A stretch of 64,000 nt of DNA from Camelus dromedarius (lineage: Eukaryota): the NCBI RefSeq assembly GCF_036321535.1, contig NC_087436.1, forward strand, positions 53,818,001 through 53,882,000, in the 5' to 3' direction. The position numbers and the translations under genes are program-made. Below, one piece after another: positions 9,890 through 23,786 of this stretch (the first letter of the stretch is position 1; the number at the start of each line of letters is the position of its first letter). The notes under the pieces were generated by a model that did not search any database, was not told the origin of the DNA, and saw nothing but the letters and a program-made list of their open reading frames with translations.

Positions 9890-11226
9890 GAGTCGGGTGT
9901 GGAAGGGATACCTACTCAGGACAGGTGCAGGCTTTTGATTCATTATTACCTGGGAGAGGTGATGTCAGAATCCAGGAATGTCAACTTTTCCTTACTAGGG
10001 AATTGCACTCTGTATAATAGCACTTTTCACTCACGCCAAACTTTGCTTCTTTTTGTCCTTCACCTACTGGAGGAGTTTGTATCTCCATGCTTTCCTTTGA
10101 CAGCTGGATCTGAGAGTTTAGTTTTCTCGCTGGGGCAGCTGCTCCGTTCCCCAGTCTCCTGGACCCTGCTTTCTCCTCTCACAGCTGCAGCTGTTCTCCA
10201 TGTCCATTCCTGCCACGACCTGATCAGCCCTCTGTGGCTTTATCACAAATGCCAGCATTTCTCATGTATTGCCTATAGGGTCATTTTGAGGCCACATACC
10301 TACCTGTTTGTTTTTTTAATGGTAGTATATGCAGAACATTATAGTTCCAATAAAATAACATAAAGAAATATGCCTAATAATTAACAAGTATCCAGTAATT
10401 ATTAATTGAATTAAGTTAGTTGAAACTAAAGTAATTTTCTCAGCTTAGGAACAAGATTAGCATCCATCTGGGCCCTTCTGCAAAAATTTGTTATGCACAA
10501 GGAGGTGTGTTTATGAAATGTGGTTTATTATATAATTGATTGTAATTACAAATTTTCTAATTGAATTTATATTTAGAGTCTCACAAGTTTTTGTTAGTGT
10601 TATGGGCTGTTGAATTTTAAGGAATCTGGCATTTTAAATTGTTCTTCACTGTATGGGAATGAAACAGAAGTCTGAATCAGTGATGTTATAGTAAAAGAAA
10701 GCAATGTCCCTCCCCAAAGTTAGTGCCTTTCAGAGTGTGAGCGTTTATCAGGTGGACTTGTTGCTTTTCATTTTCTGAGCTATGGCAAAGTGGTTTCTCT
10801 TCCTTCAGCTGTACAGGTGAAGATCCCTGGAACTAAAGTTTTGCCCAGATTGAGACCAGCCTCTATCCTGTCCACTATAGATACATGTAGATTTTATACG
10901 GATAGATGTGTATAGGTATGTGTGTATATGTTTATTTTTTGATTACTTGTGCGTTTCTAAATATAGGTAAGTCTCCAGAAGTGGAGGAGAAGCAGCAGAG
11001 GTGGTGTTAGGCCACTGAATTGACGGAGGGATCTTGGGGGCATCCCAGACCGTGCCGCTGAACAGCTACATTATGGGGTGTTTCAAAGTACCTTTCCAGG
11101 GAGCGGCATAGTGCTGCTGCTTTTGTAACTCATGGCATGAAGCGTGGAGGGGGCTCATGTGGAGGGGTTGTTGAGACCATGAACCCCATCAGGGCCACCG
11201 TCTAAACTGAGGAATGTACACAGTTT

Positions 11227-11630
11227 GTTTGGAGACAGTTCTCTGTGGGTCTCTTGTGCTTCTCCACGTCTTGCCGGCTGTGCCAAAAATGCTATTCACC
11301 TGGACTGTCCCTTAGGGTTGTGTTTGTGGCAGCAACCCTGAAGGGTGAGGTAACATCTCTCCCTGGGACAAAGAGCAATCTAGCTTCTTACTATGAAGCA
11401 GCAGGTTCCCGAGGCACAGGCTGCACAGCTGTGACCCCGACGTAAAGCAGCACGTGCACCTCCCTCCGGGGCCCCTCAGAGCCACCTCTGTGGACTTTGG
11501 TTAGAGGAGGGCTAACACCCATGCTGCGGATAATGCCAGGAGTCTCGAGTCTTCGGCCAGCTTCCATGAAACAGTACTGAGGTGAATGCGTTACCTTGGA
11601 AGGAGGGTAAAAGCAAATCCGGAGCAGACA
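11227..11630 (+). mobile_element. ERVL-class solo LTR, LTR40-like
   Basis: Starts tgtttggagacagttctctgtgggtctcttgtgcttctccacgtcttg; 3' part ccaggagtctcgagtcttcggccagcttccatgaaac; visibly similar to the 13962 copy. Confidence 0.7.
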
Positions 11631-12744
11631 CAGGTGTGCTGTGTACCCGTTGAGTGCGTAGCCAGTTAAATGTATTCAGATGTGTCCTGTTTAGAGCATA
11701 ATCACCTGGGCCTCACCTACAAAGAGTGTAGTTAGGAAGGCGAGGGTGGGTGGCTCCTCGGAGCTCAGATTTCCGCGACCTGATGGGGGCTTCTCAGGCA
11801 CTTCATCACAGTGCCACTGGCCAGTGTGACACCAGGGAACCGAGAGAGACCAACGCGTCTTAGCAGGCACTGTTGCGCCCTGAGTGAGGTAAGACATAGA
11901 GCTGACACATGAGGGGCTGATTTTGAGTGTCGAGCAACAGGGTCCATGATTATTGGTGGCAGTGGAGGAGAGCACAGAACATTGGGAGCCTCGGCAGCCC
12001 CGGAGGGCACAGACAGGGCTGGGTGCAGAGATGGGCAGACATCTGGCCCTGAAGGGAGAGAGATGGGCAAGTCCAGGCCAAGGCAGCGGTGGACCAGAGC
12101 TAAGAAGGAGCAGGGACAGTTCGTCTTAGAAGCCGCCTGGCTCTGCTGCACTGGACTAGGGAAGAGACTTTGCTTGCTTTTTGATACTTGTGGAATGAAT
12201 TGTTTTCAAACAATCAGTTAACCAGCCTACTGGAGAATGACACTGAGATCACCTCTAAGCTGCTATAGGCAATTTAGAGAAGCGTTTATAATTGACAGTT
12301 GTGCAGCTGATGAAAGCTAAGTAAGAACATTTGTTCAGAACATTGTTTTGTGAGTGTGTTTTTAAAAATATAGCTGTAAAAATGTATTTACCAGTTATCT
12401 GCAATAGATACTTGCTTCTTTCCTCATCAGAGGAATAATATGTCTACATGGTAATCAGGCCAGACATTAAGATTCTAGACGGAGAGAGGGCTCTCAAGGC
12501 TCAAATACACAAGATAAGATGTAGAAACCCCACTCCTGTTGTTTTCAGCATGAAATAAATAAATACTGTTTTTCATTCATTTAATGATATGTGAAAATTA
12601 TTAACTTCCTGCAGCCATCAATTGAGATCTGTGATGACTGCAAGAATCTGGGGATTCACAGGTTATGTTTAAAAGAAAAAAATTCAAGGATCGGGAAGTG
12701 GACTTTGATGGGGAAGCATCTGTGGGAGTGACCCCCTACCCCTG

Positions 12745-12860
12745 AGGGTGCTGCCACCCATAGTGACACAGGTTGTGGACCTCACAGCTCCCTGGGACAG
12801 GCGTGCGGCTTGGTCCCCAGAGTTGTGTAGGGTGGCATCTTGTGGGCGTTGGGCAGTCAT
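12745..12860. mobile_element. hAT-Tip100 MITE, MER91-like
   Basis: Quasi-palindromic 'gctgccacc...caggttgtggacctcacagctccctggg...ccccagagttgtgtagg...gggcagtc'. Confidence 0.4.
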
Positions 12861-13829
12861 CCAAAGATTTAAACAAGTGGTGTGTTAAGTGGGTGATCCT
12901 TTTAAATTGAATGGTTCAGACTTTTCTGTCAGCGTGAGTAGGCACCACCTGTGCCTTTCACCCCTTGAAGAGGAACGTGATGGTGAGGGTGGGGCTTCTC
13001 AGGGGGAACTGAGAGCGCCCTGACAGGGGGGAGGGTCCCCCAGTCCGACAAGGACTGCTTAGTGGCCTGAGCTAAGAAACCTGAGGCCAGAGTCTGCTGT
13101 CGTGCTGGCTCCCACTGAGCACAGGGAAACTGAAAGGCCTGCAGGTGCTGAACCTCTGTGTCTCCTTGGGGTCAAGCAAGCCATTTGTTCACGTATGTTA
13201 ATAAATGAATAAGCTTGCTCGCTCGTGCTGAAAAGAAAGGCCCTCTTTGGTTAGTAGTAATTTTCTGCCGTTACTAGTTGATTCTTGAATCCAGTACGTA
13301 ATCAAAATGAAGAGGCTGCCAACCACATTCTTTTTAGTTTCTTAATACAGTTTACTTTCTTTTAATCATATGTGACATGTTAGCTAGTTTAAAGGCACAG
13401 ATGGGTAGAGGTCATTTTTTATATGGAAAATTATTTTATTGCATACCTCTGCAAGTGATTTCAGGAAGTAAAGACTGTGTATTAATATATAAACCTTCTT
13501 CACCATTCTGAATGCATTCTAACACAAAACTTTAAATTTTGCAGGGTGGATATTACAAAAGACATGGGAGTAGACCTCTCCCCCACCACATAGAGATACC
13601 CCTATGTTGCCTTCTACAACAGGCTTCTGTTCCACCATTGGAGTTTTAAAACATATAACTAAAGGAGAACCTTTATCTTTAGAGCTAGGCAGAGTCACCA
13701 GCCCCTAGTATGTCCCTCTTCCCTTCCCAAGTGAGCTGGTAACCTCCAGGAAAGCCTGGAGGACCTATTTCCCACCCCTATCCCCTCTTGCTCTACGGAA
13801 GTCCTTGTGTTCTATGTAAGAAGATTTTG

Positions 13830-13961
13830 AATAGTGGAGGGCAGTAAGGCTTAGCGTCATAAGGTCTGGGTTTGAATCTCACTTCCCTTACCTTCTAACT
13901 GTTTTAGCCCAACTCATCTTAAGCTCTTTGAGCTTTAGTTTCCTCATGCATAAAGTGAATA
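13830..13961 (+). mobile_element. MIR SINE fragment interrupted by an LTR
   Basis: 'ctgggtttgaatctcacttcc...cttaagctctttgagctttagtttcctcatgcataaagtg'. Confidence 0.65.
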
Positions 13962-14353
13962 TGTTGGGAAACAGTTCTCCATCAGTCTCATGTTTCTGTG
14001 CTGCTTGCAAGCTGAGGTACTAACTGCCTTTGTTCTGGACCGTCTTTTCAAGGCTGTTTGTAGAGTGAGAAGTCTTGGAAGCTAGATGCACATGAGAAAA
14101 ATACTTGGGCTCCCCGAGTTCAAGGGTCCTCTCTTGTGATGCAGTCCACTGGGTGAGCCGTCTTTGCATTGTCCAGGGGGAACTGTTGCTCAGGGAACCG
14201 GTGCAGATGCTGATACTGTGGCTGCTGTCTTGCTGTGAGTAATAAACCATCCTTCGTCTCCGACCCAGGAATTGTGCGGGTCCTGCCAGCAGCTGTGAAA
14301 CCGTGGTTAGCTTGCAGGTAGGTTAAAATCGCGGACCTTGCACAGTGCTGTCA
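13962..14353 (+). mobile_element. ERVL-class solo LTR, LTR40-like
   Basis: TG...CA ends (tgttgggaaacagttctccat...gtgctgtca); internal AATAAA in 'gagtaataaaccatccttcgtctccgacccagga'. Confidence 0.8.
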
Positions 14354-14384
14354 GCAATAACACCTGTTCAGTCTTAATCAGTGT

Positions 14385-14640
14385 GCTCTCACCTCCTCCT
14401 CTCCACCTCCTGACCCTGCCTTGGTTCAGGCATTGCCATTTTTCCCTTGCAGTGTTGTTGTACCCCCACTCCTTCCCCAACACTCTATTCTCTGCGGGGA
14501 GGATTTGCTAGTGGTAAATCTGATTGTGCCATACTGCCTGCTTTAAATACTTAAATGGCTTTTAACTGGGACAGGATTAAAGCCGAACTCCACGGTAGAG
14601 ACCTTGCCTGTTCTCACTTCTCATCCGCATTCTGTTCCCC
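14385..14640 (+). mobile_element. L2 LINE fragment
   Basis: 'aaatctgattgtgccatactgcctgctttaaatacttaaatggctt...aggattaaagccgaactcc'. Confidence 0.6.
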
Positions 14641-16872
14641 GGCCACAGGAATAGGCATATGTGATGTCTGTTATATAATATCCAGGATCTCTAAATTCAG
14701 GATCCTCTGCTGTGATGCAGTCGGCTGTGTAAGAGGTGTCACTGGGTTCTCTCCCCGTCACCCTGTGGGAATGGGAGTTTGGGAACGAGCCCCAAATTGT
14801 GAATTTATTTATCTTTCCTGACTTTAATTTTGCATTTACCCCTGCTTTCAGTGCTGTGTCTGCCATTTCTGTCTACCTTCTCCCGAAGGTATGGTATCTG
14901 CCATACAAAGTTGTAAAGCACAGAGGCCGTGAGTGCAAAGCACTTCTCTCAGGGCCTGGTTGGCTGCTGGTTCTAGAATTACAACCTCTGGGAACTCTTT
15001 GCTGAATTTCCTCTACCCCGCAACCCCACCCCGCCATTTAGCTCTACCCCATTTAGCTGTTCTGAGCTTCAGCATATATTCCTTTATAGCTCTTTTACAG
15101 ACATATTTTTAAAAGCATCAAAAATACACCAGAATATACTACAATACTGAAAAGAAGGAGCTTACAGATTTTGCTTCTGGCTGGTTGGTTGGCCTCTATA
15201 GAGGGGGCTGTGGAATGTTCTAGCAACAGAGTGCCAGCCTGTCTCTCCCCCCTCCCCTTTTTAACACCCTGTTTTTCACCTCATGGTCTTTGATTCACAG
15301 CACACTTTTTTAAATGGTAAGTCAAAGGTGGGTTGAAATGGTTAAAATACAGGCTGGCTATTGTAAGTGTTAGCAGCTGTCAGATCACATGGATCAGGTT
15401 CTGTCTAGCTCGGTCCACCCTTGGAACCATTTCCATTGGTGGACAGATAAAGACATCAGGCAGTAAATCTCTGCCTTGTGTAGGAATTATGTTGGTGGAT
15501 TGCGCCTCCCTGGGGCGCTTGCCACAGTGGTCATCTTGGATGCGGATTCAGTTAGGAGGCCCATTTCCACTGGCCTTTGAGGTCCTTGTGGGCCAGGACC
15601 TGAATGGGGTTTCATTCCAGGTCTTGACAGGGCCTGGGTCCTAGAAGGCATTCCAGAAATTGTTCTGAATGCGTGAATGACTCAGAAAATGTGAGAGTGC
15701 TTAGTTAACTGTAAGCCATTAGCCCAACGTGAACTAACTTGTTCCCCCTTCTTGGATATGGAAAGATGTGCTGGTGCGGGAGCGGCGGGCTGACAGTGGA
15801 GATTGAGGGGGATGGAAAATGCCTATTTTGCTTGGCTTTCTCTCTGCTTGTACTCCTGCCTTTTCTCACCTCTTCCCAGAAAGCTTGGAGAGGCTGGCTG
15901 TGGAGCGAGTCCTCAGCAGTGTGTGGTCCTGATTTCTGTGACCCGTCTGAGCTCAAACCTAGAGGGCTTTCCAAAGATTGGCTATCTTTTGTCTCTTCTC
16001 CCACCCCCTCCTGATGGGTTTATAATCCTTTTATTCCCTTAATTCTCTCCACCTCCCTTCAGCTCTTCACCATAAAGACTCACCTCTGATGCAGTTTTGC
16101 GTATCCAGGAGAATCTCTCTCCTTCCAGAACCACAGACCCCTCCTTTGTGTTCTAGGGCCTTTTTGAGTGAGGTGGGGGTATGTCTGGTAAGATAAGAGA
16201 GGGGTGACTATCTACTTTTAAAAATTCAACTTGGGACAAAATGTCTACAGATTTTTTCCCCCTATTTATGGACTTTTGTAACAAACATTTTATAATAGCA
16301 TACAAATTAAACTATTTAATGAATTATTTTATTTTAAAGAGTACACTTAATAAGGCAAAAAAAAAGTCATATATGTGTGTGTCAGTTGATGATACTTGAA
16401 TATTTGAAATCTGGATCATGGCACTCTCAGGTAGGGAAACTTTATATACTGTAATCCAGACTTTGGTCCAAGACAGTTTTCCTTTGTTGGCTCATGTAGG
16501 GCCCTTGTGACAAATCTTGATAGTCAAGTGCACATTCGCCTGCTTGTGCTTTCAAGGTCACTGAAAATAGAGCTTTGCAAACTAGAGGGTATGATATCAG
16601 TTGTAATTTTTGCTGTGATTGATCATTTTTACTTATGTGCGTGGGGATTCTTGGCATGCAGGAGAGGCTGGACACTGTTCTGTTTTCTGCTTGTGATATA
16701 TTCACGCAAGCCTAATCTTTAGGGGTAGGGGTACAGGGTGCTGTAGCCACTGTAATCATAATGATTCCTTTCCATTTATTTATCAGATTCTCTCAAAGGG
16801 TGACCATCAATCCTCTTTAGTTCTGTTCATTGAAGTGATGAAATAAATGGGGACCAGATATTTTTAAAATTC

Positions 16873-17058
16873 AATTTATTTTTTAAATTGAAGTAGTCTA
16901 CAATATGTCAGTTTCTGGTGTACAGCATAATGTTTCAGTCATACATATATATATTCCTTTTCATATTCTTTTTCATTATAGGTTACTACAAGATGTTGAA
17001 TATAGTTCCCTGTGCTACACAGTACAAACGTGTTGTTTATCTATTTTATATATAGTAG
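16873..17058 (-). mobile_element. 5'-truncated L1 3' end (cetartiodactyl type)
   Basis: 'aattgaagtagtc...gtttctggtgtacagcat...ttgaatatagttccctgtgcta'. Confidence 0.85.
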
Positions 17059-19538
17059 CTAGTTTGGGACTAGATATGGTTTTTTACAGATTTTCACTTC
17101 TAGAACGGATTTTCAATTTGAATACCATCTCTGAAGATGGAAGGCAGACTTCCTGTATCCCTCAGAACTCTTAACTTCATTTTCAATTGGATTATTGGGT
17201 GACATAACTGAAGAGGTCATGACAGACCCTGAGAATATTGAGTTGTTTAGGTGAATCAGTCTTGTTTAGATTGTTGAAAAATTCATTGATTTGTGGGAGA
17301 GAGAAAACTGGCAGGGTAGCTTTCAGTGTTTCATTTTAACATTATGTTGCGTGGGGTTTTTGAGGCTGCGTGAACAAGATGGCAAGGCAAGCTTAGGCAG
17401 TTTAGGAACTGGGCAATGTAAGGAACTGGCTTTGCTGTCTTACGTTCAGGCCCTTTTTTTCTGGCTGAGCCAGAAGCTTGGCAAGCTTCCTCCCCATCAG
17501 TGGGGTCATTGGACGTTGCATCTCCATTTCTTTCACATCTGCTCTTGTTAGTCCACCTGTGCAGTCATTGCCCTAGTCCGAGCCCTCATCCTCCTGACTG
17601 CATAGGCCTCCTGCTTCCTTTTTCCTCCCTGTGGTCTACTCTTGACCCTGGGCCAGAGTGGTCCTGTCCTGGGTCTGATCATGACTCTCATGCTTTGAGT
17701 GATCTCCCCGGCTTCCCACTGCCTTTGGTCTTGCCTAAAATCCTCCCTATCCTCTTCCTTCTCCAGTGCCCACCTTTCAGCCATATCCCCTCCTTCCTCT
17801 CTTCCTCCTCTCCCACTCCAGCTCTGGTCTTACTTTTCTTTCTGGAATTCCTCCCTACTTCACATCCTTGACATGTGCTCTGCTCAGAGCATGTGGGATT
17901 CCCCCCAAATCAGGTTAAGCCTTGGAATATTCTGTTATAACACTAGGACTTTTGAGCACCCATCATAATTAGGTTAGATCATCATTACTTATTTGGGTGA
18001 TTATTTGATTGTATCTTGCACTAGTCAATTTCAAGAGGGTTGGGGCTACCCTTTAATGCCACTTTGATGATAACCTCAGCACCCAGGGTTGCATCGTTCA
18101 AGTGCTTAATGGGTCTTGGTCTTCTGCAACAGTTTTAGCTTACGCGTGTAGTCTCAATGTAATGATGAATAGTGTCCCCTTTCACTTTGAAAATTATTCA
18201 TCTTGGATGACAGCATACACAGTGATTGTACTTAAAGCCCAGGGATGTTAAATCACTCTGGTCGAGGGTTCCACTGCCTGGCTCTCAGAGCAGGAGGCTC
18301 CCGCGTAGGGTGGGGGTGGGAGGGAGCTGTTGATAAATTTCGATTCTAGCTGAAGATAATTTATGTTGTTAAAACTCTGGCAGCACATACAGACGTGCAT
18401 GTTAACATTTTGAAGAGGGGAGAATGTTGCCAGTGCACCTGGGACTTTAGAATATGATAGTGGATGCATCACGACTGTTAATGAAGTGGAGGGTAAAGCA
18501 TCAGGTCGGTGCTTCCTTCAGTCCAAGGCTTGCAGATTGTCGATGGGAAGGGGTTGAGGATGCTGTTGCATTTTGTTGGGCCAGCAAGCATGGTCCTTGC
18601 CTCTCAGTCCAGGGCAAACCCATCACTGGAGGCAGTGTGTTTTGGGGGGAACTGGTAGGAGGCACAGGGATAATATATGCTCCCATTTCCCTGCCCACCT
18701 GTGGACTCAGAGGTGATGCGGACAGTGCCAAATGATCGTGTTGCATTAAAAAAAAAAAAATCTAAAAGGCAGCATGAGGGAGGCCCTGGTCTGTAATGGC
18801 CCAGGCCCCCAGAGACTCAGTTTCCTTCCCTCTGACTTGGAGCTGCTGCGCGTCTGCCTCAGGGAAAGCTCTGAAGACGAGAGCAAGAACATACTTTGCA
18901 AGACGCTTTCAAATTGCAGGGTCCCTTTGGGGGAAAAGGGCTTTCTGTGACTCTAGCCTGAAGATAATTTTTCATCAGATTCCATAGCCTGAGGTCTCAA
19001 AAACAACAACAGCTAGGAGCCCCTCTCAGACCAGGCTTCTGGGCAGTAGCCGGGCTGAGTCCTGAAGAGGTGGATTCCTTCACGCTGGCCCGGCACAGAG
19101 GCCCAGGCAGGCAGAGGAGCTGAGAACGAAACAGACAACAGAACCACAGATAAGAGCACTGTCTTTGCCCGTGTGCAGGTGTGATCCTTTCATAGACGCA
19201 GGCACGGCCAGTCAGAGCCAGGGATGGGGAATGCGGGCTCAGGCCCCAGCCTCCTGGGATGTAACCAGAGTCCAAGATAGGCTCGGTGAAATTAAACACA
19301 GCCTGCCTTACTTTCCCGCCATCTGTCAGTTTCACAGTTGTGTGCTGAGGTCTGTGTTTACCTGTCCAGTCAGCTCAGGCCTGAGCATCAGAATGTGGAT
19401 GTGAGGCCTCGTGAAGATTTTGCCTATCGGATGATTCAGCAAAGCATTTGCAAGGTTCCTCTAATAGTTAAATAGCTACAACAGGCTGGATTTGGATTGG
19501 CTGAAAAAGAAGGTGAAATGAGGTAATCAGAATTATGA

Positions 19539-19540
<2 letters not shown>

Positions 19541-19574
<34 letters not shown>
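19541..19574. repeat. (TG)17 microsatellite
   Basis: Read directly. Confidence 0.95.
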
Positions 19575-19576
<2 letters not shown>

Positions 19577-21289
19577 AGTTCTGGCATCTTGTGTTCTCTG
19601 CCTACCAGGAATACTCCAGCAGAACCGTTGATAATGCCTTTCACGTGCTAAGCCTTCCAGATGGCGGCTTCTCAGCCAGTGAGCAGAAGAGGGCGTGGAA
19701 CGTTTGAGATTTACGAGCGAGTTAATTCCCTCCCTTGGTATGACCCAGGGAGCTCTTCCTCGTTCGCTCTTTGTACATTGTCCTGAAGCCCTCCGCCCTG
19801 CAGGGTCTTTAAAAACCACTACCCCTCATTTTAAAGGGAGGAGTAAGTCTTCACATTCCTGGGAATAACTGACTCTGGATAGAGCACTTAAGAGGCTTTC
19901 TCACAGCTCTTTGTAACCTAAGCAGACTCTAAGTTCCTTGAGGACAGGGGCTCTCCCTTCTGCTCAGCAGCGCCATGAGCGGGCGAGCTTGGCACTGGGA
20001 TCCGTGGGCTCCACCTCAGTGCCTCACTGTCTGGATAGGATCCCTTCCCCTGGCTGAGGGACCCTCCCTGTCACTCTCTCCAGGGATGTTTACTGAGTGT
20101 GCAGGCCTGGGACCACAGTACAAGATGGTTTCAGATTGTTCTTGGACTTGGGGAGCTCTCAGTCCAGTGGATGGAAGACATGTAAAGAAATACATCAGGG
20201 GAAGCGGTGTGTAAGCCCGCGGAAGGAGTGGTCAGGGAGCGCTTCCCAGGAGGCAGAGTTGCTGTGTGTTTTTAGGGGTATTAGGGATTTACTGAGCAGA
20301 ACAACACTTGCTGTATTTTTTTTTTCCAACAACAAAACCTCCGCCCCCTTTGCCCAGCTTGCCGGGGTGCAGCCTGGGTAATGCGTGTTACACACTTGCT
20401 TTATGCAGCCTGGTGGATGGAGACAGCTGTGGCGCTGTTACGCTGGCATCTTCTTCCTTTGTCTGGATCCCGTTCACTTTGAGGGTACTTGCAGCGTGCC
20501 CTTGGGTGCCCCTCTCTGTGAACTCCTAGAGTGGATTGGATACTCAGGGGCTACCACTTGGTTTGTCTCTGTTAGTTTTGTTTCCCACCTAGATTTTAGA
20601 CTCACTGAGGGCAGGGACCACCCCATCAACATTAAGCCCAAATGCATCAGTGCATACGGAAAGCACCGAGGGAACGCTGGTTGAGTATTTTCCTATGTCA
20701 TTATCACCTTGCTCTGTAAGTATGAAAAGATAGTTCGGCATTGACTCTTAAGTACAAGCAGTGTCTTTTTTGTTTTTTTGTTTGTTTTTAGGGAAAGCAG
20801 AAGTTTGTGATCTGCAGCATGTCACCAGTTGTGTATTGATTTATTCTTTCATTCATTCGTTCACTTACAGGCTCTGCCTTTAGGGGATGGTGCTTACCTT
20901 TTCCTGCATTGATGGTTTTTTTTTTTTTTTTTTTGAATGCTGCGTTTTTAATGCACTGGGAATTTTATTCTTCAAACTTGATTGTTTTGATAAATCTATC
21001 ACTTGGATACTGGTTTAGAGCTAATTCTTTTCTATTAAGTACTTCGTAGAGAGGTTGACCATAAACCATTTGAGAAATCACTACTTTTATTAATGACTTT
21101 GAGATTTGACAGCCAGTTAAATTGATAATAATGGAATGTGCTCTGAGTAGAAAACTGTAAGACAGTGTTTGACTCTGCAAACCAAGGCAGAGATGAAGAT
21201 GGTTCTGACAGAACATAACTTATCAGTAATTTAGGTCAGTGTATCAAGTAATACAAGGCTGGGCAATAGTGATTGTTTCTTTTGCTGTT

Positions 21290-21415
21290 CTAAATCCTGC
21301 TTGTGTGTTAACTCATTTAATCTTCCCAGTGACCCCATGAGGTGTCCGTGCTGTTCTTCACCTTGTTCTGATGAGGACACTGAGGCACAGAAAGTGTGTG
21401 CCTTGTCCATGGACA
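21290..21415 (-). mobile_element. MIR SINE fragment
   Basis: 'ttaactcatttaatcttcccagtgaccccatgagg...gatgaggacactgaggcacagaaag'. Confidence 0.75.
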
Positions 21416-21899
21416 TGGTTGTGTGTCCACAGGTAGTCCCTCTGGGATTGAAAATGTTCTGATTACGTATAATCCGGTATGCAACTAGGAAATTGGGAAG
21501 TATTCAGAAAAAAGTTAAAATATTCATTATTTTGACAATTGAAGGCAATTATGCTTATTAAATTGTTTCTATTACAGTACATGTGTGTTTATGATGGTTA
21601 TTTTTTTCTCATATTTTCTAATTCGTGGTGAAATATACACAACTATGATGATTAGTTTTGAACTGATGTAGAGGGCTTCTGAAACAAACAGCTGCTCATT
21701 TTGATAAGCAAAGATACTTTCAAAGCATTCCTGTTTTCCCCAGCAAAGTGTTTTCAGTTAAAAATGATAAACTTTGCCTGTGCCAGTGATGCTTGTGAGA
21801 ATGCCTTTGGAAGAATGTGAATGTAATTTATTATACATAATGTTATTAACGTGGGCTTTCTCTTTGAAGTCTGATTAGAGCAGAATGTGTAAGATACAG

Positions 21900-22130
21900 G
21901 TGAGAAGGGATAAATTGGGAGTTCAGGATTTGCAGATACTAACTACCGTATATAAAATAAATAACGAGTTTCTTCTGGATAGCAATATTAAAGGTATTCA
22001 ATATCTTGTAGTAACCTATAATGAAAAAGAAGGAATATATGTGTATGTATGTATGATTAAAAAACCGAATGCTGTACACCAGAAATTGACACAACATTGT
22101 AAACTGACTATACTTAAATTAAAAAAAAAA
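21900..22130 (+). mobile_element. 5'-truncated L1 3' end with poly(A)
   Basis: 'gggataaattgggagttcaggatttgcagatac...gctgtacaccagaaattgacacaacattgtaaactgactatac' plus A tail; TSD aagatacag / aaggtacag. Confidence 0.9.
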
Positions 22131-23509
22131 GGTACAGCTCAGTTTTGGTATCCTCCTCGCAAGTTGGGTATTTTGTTGTCTCTCGTCTTGTTTTGGATTT
22201 TTTCCAAGCTGGGGTTGCAGATCCCTCTGCTTAGAGGGACCAGGCAGATGACGAGCCATTGAGGGTCGGAGGGGAGTGTGGTAAAGGGTCAGCCATGCTT
22301 TCGCCCAGCGCAGGGAGAGCTGCTTTCCTCCAGCTGATGCTCGGCCAGAGGATATGAGCCTGTGTTGCCAGATCTAACTGTGTTCCAGGAGCAGCTGGAA
22401 CTTCACATTTTTAAAATAAGCCATTTCTCAATTTCACCACTGTGGAAGAAAATCTAAATGAAAACAAGCCAATACCAGAGAGCATGGTGGACCCCACATA
22501 CAGAGGAGCGGAGGGAACTTGGAAGGTGCTCTCTCTCTCTCTAGACCCTCGCTGTGGCATTAAACTCCTGCTTTCACTTGCCTGTTGACGTTTTGGTTGT
22601 ACAGTACGGAGCTGTGTCCCTGAGAAGTTGTATGTTAAGCTAATTTTGTTTCTTGCCTATATTTTAAAAATGGCCTTACACCTCACCATGGAAGACCAGG
22701 GGACTTCTGATGAGTCCTTTGTACCGTCGGTGTATTTCTTTTGTATGTTGTTCTAATGTGTTTAAAATGGGGAACGCTGTGAGCAATTGTACGCTGCTTG
22801 AGTTACGGGGTCATTAGCTAGGCACGCTTTGGGTTACTCTGAGATTCTTATGGCTGTGGTGTTTGTTGTAATGATATTGGACCTGTCAGCGGAGCTGCAG
22901 ATGCTTGGAAGAGAGTTTGGTCCTTAATACTGGTATCTAAATTCTAGGCATGTTGCCTGTAACTTCCAGTTTCAAAAAAAAAAAAAAAACTATGTCAGTC
23001 TGTTTCTCTATACCCCAAGCTGTTTCTCCTCCACCCGCCTTATTTTATATTTAATCATTCTCTTTGGCTCACAACAGCAATCCAGTCCAAAGATTTACTT
23101 TTTCTATCTTCAACCCCATCATTATTTTTATGTAAATAGTATGTTTTGAGTTACAGCAATTCACGGGGCTCAAGCTTTACTCTGTAGGGAGAAGAGAGAT
23201 GTCATTTACTATAGAGTTTATGCAGACAAATGTCCTGCTGCGTGCTGTGTTTCCACTGTGATCCAGGGGGTTTGTGTTATACTTAAAGAAAAATGACCAT
23301 ATTTGGCCTGACTCTAAGCCAAGATGACATAGGCCCAAAGTTTTTCTTGGAGGAATTGGGGAGCAAGGGGAATAGAAATGTTTGAAAGAGATAGTCCTTT
23401 TTCCTCCTATTTTATTCATTGGGCATTTAATTCACAGATTATTTAATGCGTTACATTTACTCATATAATTCTGATTCCTTTTGTGTTTTCCGACACCCCT
23501 TGCCCCCTT

Positions 23510-23786
23510 TTTCTTCTTTGGAAACAATTTCAAACTTACAGGAAAGTTGCAAGAATACTACAGAAGAACTGCTCTATACCTTTCTTTATCTATGGCCTCC
23601 AGGTTTCTCCAGTTTCCCCAGTAATGCCCTTTAGAGCAAAAGGATCCAGTTCAGAACCACACACCACACCCAGCTGTCACGTCTTCCTGGTCTCCCTCAG
23701 TCTGAAAGATTTCCTCATTCTTTCTGTGTCTTTCGTGACATTGACATTTTTGAAGATTGCAGGCTAGTTGCCATGTAAAATATCCT
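23510..23786 (-). mobile_element. Ancient L1 (L1MC-like) 3' fragment
   Basis: 'aatttcaaacttacaggaaagttgcaagaatactacagaagaac...gacattgacatttttgaaga'. Confidence 0.75.

Noticed and set aside
9878..10363. 161-aa ORF, the longest in the track
   Set aside because: Overlaps MIR-like sequence, shows no recognisable domain or codon bias, and is consistent with a chance intronic ORF.
18157..18232. C/D snoRNA-like segment (ATGATGA ... TGA)
   Set aside because: The D box would be GTGA rather than CTGA and the terminal stem is weak.
22668..22735. Short ATG ORF MALHLTMEDQGTSDESFVPS with CTGATGAG (first exon or hammerhead core)
   Set aside because: Weak donor, no recognisable protein, and no stem II plus GAAA for a hammerhead.
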